This document shows, piece after piece, positions 58,014 through 64,000 of a stretch of DNA of 64,000 nucleotides. Numbering within the stretch: position 1 is the first letter of the stretch; each line of letters opens with the position of its first letter. Below the pieces are notes generated by a model, which saw nothing but the letters and a program-made list of their open reading frames with translations, was not told where the DNA came from and did no database searches. The translations under genes and the position numbers were made by a program. Location of the stretch: the NCBI GenBank assembly GCA_002269645.1, contig NIVC01000815.1, positions 124,001 to 188,000 of the forward strand, written 5' to 3'. Source of the stretch: Macrostomum lignano. Lineage: Eukaryota.

Positions 58014-58030
58014 ATTTACTCACCATGCGT

Positions 58031-59882
58031 CTAAACAGCTTCCGCCTCTGCACTGGGCTCCGCAGCGACCTCCCTGACGGTCTTGCCATTGTCATCGGTT
58101 CCATCGTCCTCCGCCGCGGACTCGGCAGCCCGCAGCAGGGCAGCCAGGTGCCGCTCGGTGTACAGGTGCTCGCTAGCCGGCAAATCAGCGGGCAGCTCGC
58201 CAGCGCACAGGCGGCACCGACCGCCAGGAAGGCCCAGCCAGCTGGCCGCAGGACTTGGCGCCCGCTGAGTGGACGAGCCGCGGCCACGGCCACCGCCGCC
58301 GGCGTCGCCGCTGCTGACATTGTTGCTGAGCCAGGCGCGGATGAGACGGCCGGGGAGGCCGAGAGCGGCGGCCACAGATTCAACCTGCGGCTCGGACGGG
58401 GCGCCGCCGTCGATGCGCAACAGCTGCTGTTGCTGCTCGAAAAGCAGCCGCAGAGCCACCGCCTGCTGGGGACTCGGCAAGCCGGCCGCGGCAGGCGTCT
58501 GCGGTTGCTGCCGCTGTTGCTGCTGCTGCCCAGCAGTGCTGAGATCGAGCGGAGCGTCCAGCTCCGGGTTCTCTTCCTCCTCCTCGGCGGCAACAGCAGT
58601 CCGACAGCCGAGCAGCCAGCTGCTGTCCGAAGGAATCTGCGACGCAGGCGTCGGCTGCCGCCGTTCAATGCGCGCCCGCTTGCGCCCGCTGGCAGCTTCG
58701 GCAGCTTCAACGGCTGCTGGAGCAGCGGCAGCAGTGGACACCTCGTCGCCGGCGGCGGCCGCGGAAGTAGCGGACGGCCGCGGACGCTTTCGCCTCGCGG
58801 CGCCGAGCGCCTGAGTGTGCAGCTGAACGCGCACGTGCTGCTCAATCTCCTCGGGCCGGGCGGGGAGCACCTCCACCTTGCCGGTCTTCTCGTACTCCTC
58901 CAGGTTGAGCTGCGTAGCCGGCGGGATGCTGAAGTTATATGGCGAGTCTTTGCAGCGCTGCCGCTCCTTGAACAGCGTGTTGCGGAACCAGTGCTTGATG
59001 ACCTTCACAGGCAGGCCGGTGTCGCCCGACATCTGGGCGATCAGCTGATCGTTTGGCGAGCTGTTCAGATTGAAATTGGCCTTCAGCACGCGTAGCTGGT
59101 CCTCCGTGATGCGGGTCCGCGCCCGCTTGCCGTTCTGCTGGCCGCCGCCACCGCCCGCGTCGCTACCGCCGTCTCCACTGCAGCCGCCAGCGCTGCCGGC
59201 GCCGCCGCCGCCACTGCTACCGCCGCTGGCAGCCGCGGACGAGCTGCTGTTGGTGCCAACCGACGAAGTAATTACGGATGTCGCAGCAGCGGCACTCGTT
59301 GCCATCGTGATGGACGCAGCCGGAGTGACCGCTGCTGACTGTGCCGGCTTCGCCGACGGGGCCGTGCCGTTAGCGGCCTGAGCTGCCGCGGCGGCTACAG
59401 CGGCTGCTGCGGCGGCCACCGATGTTACTGGCGGCCCGGGCGGCGGCTTCGTAAGCGGCGACGGAATCAGCGGAGGCAGGAAGTGGCAGAGCAGCGGCGG
59501 CGGGTGGGTGGGCGGAGATCCGGCCGACGAGGCAGCGATGGAATGCGGCGGCAGCGGCGGCGGCGGAACAGCCAGCGAGGCCGCAGACATGGACGATGGC
59601 GTCGGATGCGGCGGGTGCAGCGGGAACGGCAACAGCAGCGGCGGCAGGAAGAGCGGCAGCTGATGAGACTTGGCGTGCGACCTCAGGTGCTCCGGGCCGG
59701 CGCAGGCGAGGCCGCAGAGCGGGCAGCGGCAGCTGGCCAGCCGCTTGTGCGTGTTGGAGCGCATGTGGGCCGCCAGCTGGATCTGGGCGCCGAAGCCCAC
59801 CTGGCACTGCTCGCAGCGGTAGACCTCGCCGCCCCCGCCAGTTGGCGAAGATTCCGGCAGAACGGCCGAGACGGAAGCGGAG

Positions 59883-59913
<31 letters not shown>

Positions 59914-62900
59914 ATGGTGTCAAGTGAAGAGTCTCGTAGTGGAGGCGGAGCTCCACCGAGCTGCCCAGCCGCTGGTGGCAAAGCAGGCAGGCGAGCCGAC
60001 TGGCCGCGTGCTGCCGTCGGTGCCGCTCCAGCTGGCGGCCATCCCTGAAGGCCAGGCGGCAGGCGGCGCAGGCGTGGGGGAATCTGGCGGAGGAAGCCGC
60101 AGCTACCGCCGAACCGCTGGACGGCAGCTCGGCGTCGCCGCCGGCAGAGCGGGTTGTCTTGGCGTGGATTTCGCTGCGGGATTTATAAGCATAATATTTT
60201 TACGTTACTACTGGCAGTAGGGTGGCTTGCTTATCACTGTATTCTTGAACTATGCTGGCTCTGAGCCTTTGTAACAAAACTGTGCAGCCAAAAAATGCAA
60301 ATTTGCGAGCCCCTCTGCTGAGAATGTCTATGGCCAAAAGCCTATTGGTTTAGCAGTGCAAAGCCAGCGCTAGCTGAGACACTCACTGTCTATGGCAAAT
60401 CCTCACTTGTCTAATTAAAAGGAAGCAAAGCAAAGCGGTCTTGAATACTGAGACAAAAGATCGAATTTATAAATGTCTAATGAAATTTTTACGAGCCCTA
60501 CTGCAAGTAGACAGTTTGGGTTACTATAGAAAAAGTCTAAAACAGCTTAGAAGAGGGAGAGGAGACCTGAACCAACAAGAATTATTTGGCCTGCAAAAAA
60601 ACACAGAGAAAATATTAAACCAGTAAAAACCGGAAGTAGGGAGGAAGAGTGGAAAAAATGATGGAGCCAATAAGGAACCAGACGAGGATAAATGGATGGA
60701 TGGGAAAGAATATCCCGTCGGCCTGGATTGCATCGGGAACGGAACTGGAATAAAAAAGGCCTGGGACAATAAAGAGAAAAGAATGATGAAGCGGGGAGAC
60801 TGGATTGCCAGACTCTTCAAGACTCTTCTATTGCTTAAAAACTCTACGCTGAGATCATTTCTGGTTAAAGTTTTTCAGCACCAAATTTCCTGTCTCAAAT
60901 CCAAAGCAATTTCTGTGTTTTTATACTCTGCTATCTTTGCTGCTATAACTCTTCAAGCTAGATGGGAGAGTTGAAACAAGCCAAGAGTCATCTGCGAGTT
61001 AGCGTCGGAATAGAGTGGGAACTGGGACTCAAAACTTAAAATTTGTGTTTATGATAGACTGCCAGTCACGTGTCTCTAAGAGCTAGATTAACAATCCATT
61101 CTATTCTCTAATCAGTATTGACTAGATTAGCAATCCATTCTATTCTCTAATTAGTATTGACTAGATTAACAATCCATTCTATTCTCTAACTAGTATTGAC
61201 TAGATTAGCAATCCATCATTCTATTCTCTAATCAGTATTGACTAGATTAGCAATCCATTCTATTCTCTAATCAGTATTGACTAGATTAGCAATCCATCAT
61301 TCTATTCTCTAATCAGTATTGACTAGATGACTAGATTAGCAATCCATCATTCTATTCTCTAATCAGTATTGACTAGATTAGCAATCCATTCTATTCTCTA
61401 ATCAGTATTGACTAGATTAGCAATCCATTCTATTCTCTAATCAGTATTGACTAGATTAGCAATCCATCATTCTATTCTCTAATCAGTATTGACTAGATTA
61501 GCGATCCATTCTATTCTCTAATCAGTATTGACTAGATTAGCGATCCATTCTATTCTCTAATTAGTATTGACTAGATTAACAATCCATTCTATTCTCTAAT
61601 CAGTATTGACTAGATTAGCAATCCATTCTATTCTCTAATCAGTATTGACTAGATTAGCAATCCATTCTATTCTCTAATCAGTATTGACTAGATTAGCAAT
61701 CCATCATTCTATTCTCTAATCAGTATTGACTAGATTAGCGATCCATTCTATTCTCTAATTAGTATTGACTAGATTAACAATCCATTCTATTCTCTAATCA
61801 GTATTGACTAGATTAGCAATCCATTCTATTCTCTAATCAGTATTGACTAGATTAGCAATCCATCATTCTATTCTCTAATCAGTATTGACTAGATTAGCAA
61901 TCCATCATTCTATTCTCTAATCAGTATTGACTAGATTAGCGATCCATTCTATTCTCTAATTAGTATTGACTAGATTAACAATCCATTCTATTCTCTAATC
62001 AGTATTGACTAGATTAGCAATCCATTCTATTCTCTAATCAGTATTGACTAGATTAGCAATCCATCATTCTATTCTCTAATCAGTATTGACTAGATTAGCA
62101 ATCCATCATTCTATTCTCTAATCAGTATTGACTAGATTAGCGATCCATTCTATTCTCTAATTAGTATTGACTAGATTAACAATCCATTCTATTCTCTAAT
62201 CAGTATTGACTAGATTAGCAATCCATTCTATTCTCTAATCAGTATTGACTAGATTAGCAATCCATCATTCTATTCTCTAATCAGTATTGACTAGATTAGC
62301 GATCCATTCTATTCTCTAATTAGTATTGACTAGATTAACAATCCATTCTATTCTCTAATCAGTATTGACTAGATTAGCAATCCATTCTATTCTCTAATCA
62401 GTATTGACTAGATTAGCGATCCATTCTATTCTCTAATTAGTATTGACTAGATTAGCAATCCATTCTATTCTCTAATCAGTATTGACTAGATTAGCAATCC
62501 ATTCTATTCTCTAATCAGTATTGACTAGATTAACAATCCATTCTATTCTCTAATCAGTATTGACTAGATTAACAATCCATTCTATTCTCTAACTAGTATT
62601 GACTAGATTAGCAATCCATTCTATTCTCTAATCAGTATTGGCTAGATTAGCAATCCATTCTATTCTCTAATCCGCATTGGCTAGATTAGCAATCCATTCT
62701 ATTCTCTAATCCGCATTGGCTAGATTAGCAATCCATTCTATTCTAATACTTTATCCTTAATAGGCCCCGCCCGCCAGGTCACAGGAAGTAGTAGTCACAG
62801 GTAATAAAAAATGAATGCACTCACGTGAAGTGCATCTGCAAGGTGTCCAGATCCGGGAAGTACTGGTTGCAGCCCTTGCGCCAGCACAGGTAACTAGGAG

Positions 62901-63975
62901 CCGCCTGGCCCTGCCTGTCCACCAGCAGCCTGTGGTGGCCGGCCTCTCGCTGATGGCGGAGCAGCTCCTCGAGGCTGGCGGCCGTTACGTGGCAGGCCTG
63001 ACAGCGGAACTGCTGCTGCTCCTCGCCTGGCGACTCCGCAGTCGGCGGCAGCAGCAGGACGTCGGCTTCCGCTGCAATAAATACGAGCGTAGCAAATCAT
63101 GATCGATCAGCTTTACCCGCGAAATCCGGGATTCGAACCCGGGACCTTTGTTACGATGGACCTAATGTTTCTTTTTCATTGGTGTCAGGGGGCTGCGTGC
63201 ACTCTGGCGCACGACATTGTCACACAACCGGCGAGAGGTATTACTGTGATGCTCATTCCGCCGACTCCCCTGAGCAGGCACACACACAGGAGTGTACAGC
63301 GGCCCTAACTTTATTTATATTTATGGCATGTACACTTCACTGCGCCTTGGGGGCTGGTCATCAAGGCCGTTAATTGCACGAGCAGACCCTAGCTGAGATT
63401 CCAATTTAGCCCCAGATTAATGTGACTGCACTTGGAATCGAGCCTGGGCCGCTGGCACACCGGAGCACGCCCTAAATGACGCACCTATATTTTTTTGGTC
63501 AAAAATGCCTGGCACTGGCACTCACCGCAGCTGGGGTCGCACGTGATCACAAAATCGGTTTCGTCAGCAGCGGCCTCTTCATCAGCTTCAGCCGATGATG
63601 CCAGGGGCAGCTCCGGCTGCTCCTCTTCGACTGGACCCGTCACGTCAACGATGTCCTCGTCGACCTCGGTGCCCTCCGCCTGCTCATCCTCCTTGCTGGC
63701 AGCCGGAGGCGTCGCCCGCTGCTGCCGCTGCCGCCGCCGGCCGCCGGCCTCCTCCACGGCCGTGTCGGCCATTTCGATGAATCTCTCCAGCTGCTCATCG
63801 GAGACAGAGTGGGCGCTGCGCAGGTGGCTACGAAGGGCGTTGAACTTGGTGCTGGAGTCGCCTTCGGCCGAGCAGCCGCAGCGGCAGCACGGGCACAGGT
63901 ACACCAGCTTGGACCTGGCAGCTGAGTAACGCATTGTTGAGCTGGGATCAGCGGCGCCGCTGCTGCTACTGCTGT
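58031..63975 (-). CDS. ZFHX: Zinc-finger homeobox protein ZFHX3/4 / zfh2-like, 3' part (5' exons lie outside the window)
   Basis: Phase-compatible exons 63975-63526, 63071-62825 and 60173-58031. C2H2 fingers including [12 protein letters not shown]...LQMHFTEIH. Homeodomain [19 protein letters not shown]...[16 protein letters not shown] followed by KDSPYNF, a ZFHX signature. Confidence 0.93.
61080..62745. repeat. Minisatellite, 39/42-bp unit GACTAGATTAGCAATC(CAT)CATTCTATTCTCTAATCAGTATT, in ZFHX intron
   Basis: About 41 copies with recurring variant order and an internal GATTAG/CTAATC inverted pair. Confidence 0.96.
63126..63146 (-). other. Isolated perfect tRNA T-arm/B-box, probably a SINE remnant
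   Basis: Minus strand GGTC-CCGGG-TTCGAAT-CCCGG gives a 5-bp stem and 7-nt T-loop. The rest of a cloverleaf is not evident. Confidence 0.45.
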
Positions 63976-64000
63976 CTGCAATACAGGGGGGGGGGTTCGA

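Noticed and set aside
58012-60220. Long antisense and alternative-frame ORFs over the ZFHX exon (and over the caspase, kinase and GPCR exons)
   Set aside because: These are expected shadows of GC-rich coding sequence and contain no recognisable domains.
60440-60974. Purine-rich short ORFs suggesting a retroelement fragment (also 14.2-14.6 kb and 44.4-44.75 kb)
   Set aside because: No RT, integrase, gag or transposase motifs, LTRs or target-site duplications could be recognised.

Overview
Metazoan genomic DNA: GC-rich spliced genes separated by AT-rich spacers, with about 35 different micro/minisatellite arrays (hand sum about 20 kb, roughly a third of the window) filling most introns and several 3' UTRs. 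This architecture suggests a repeat-rich invertebrate such as the free-living flatworm Macrostomum, which is an inference only. Genes rebuilt from splice signals: Rab7 (+), a Src-family kinase (-), an ankyrin-repeat caspase (-) directly downstream of a paralogous ankyrin-only ORF (-), a moody/Tre1-like class A GPCR (+), a 43-aa single-pass micropeptide (+), dynein light chain roadblock (+), a 9-exon ESRP/fusilli gene with several single-base frameshifts (-), a secreted protein with an (NATAP)n repeat (-), the 3' part of a ZFHX/zfh2 gene (-), and two weakly supported unknown multi-exon genes. Two copies of a MITE and one foldback-like element are present. There is no CRISPR array, rRNA or intact transposase. 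Best leads: (1) the ankyrin-prodomain caspase with its tandem ankyrin-only paralog, either a decoy or a fused exon; (2) a sarcolipin/phospholamban-like LFLNF micropeptide; (3) an array of about 50 N-glycosylation sequons whose DNA unit also resembles a branch point plus 3' splice site; (4) minisatellites that start exactly at stop codons or splice sites. Many ORFs in the supplied track are repeat translations or use non-ATG starts and were not accepted.
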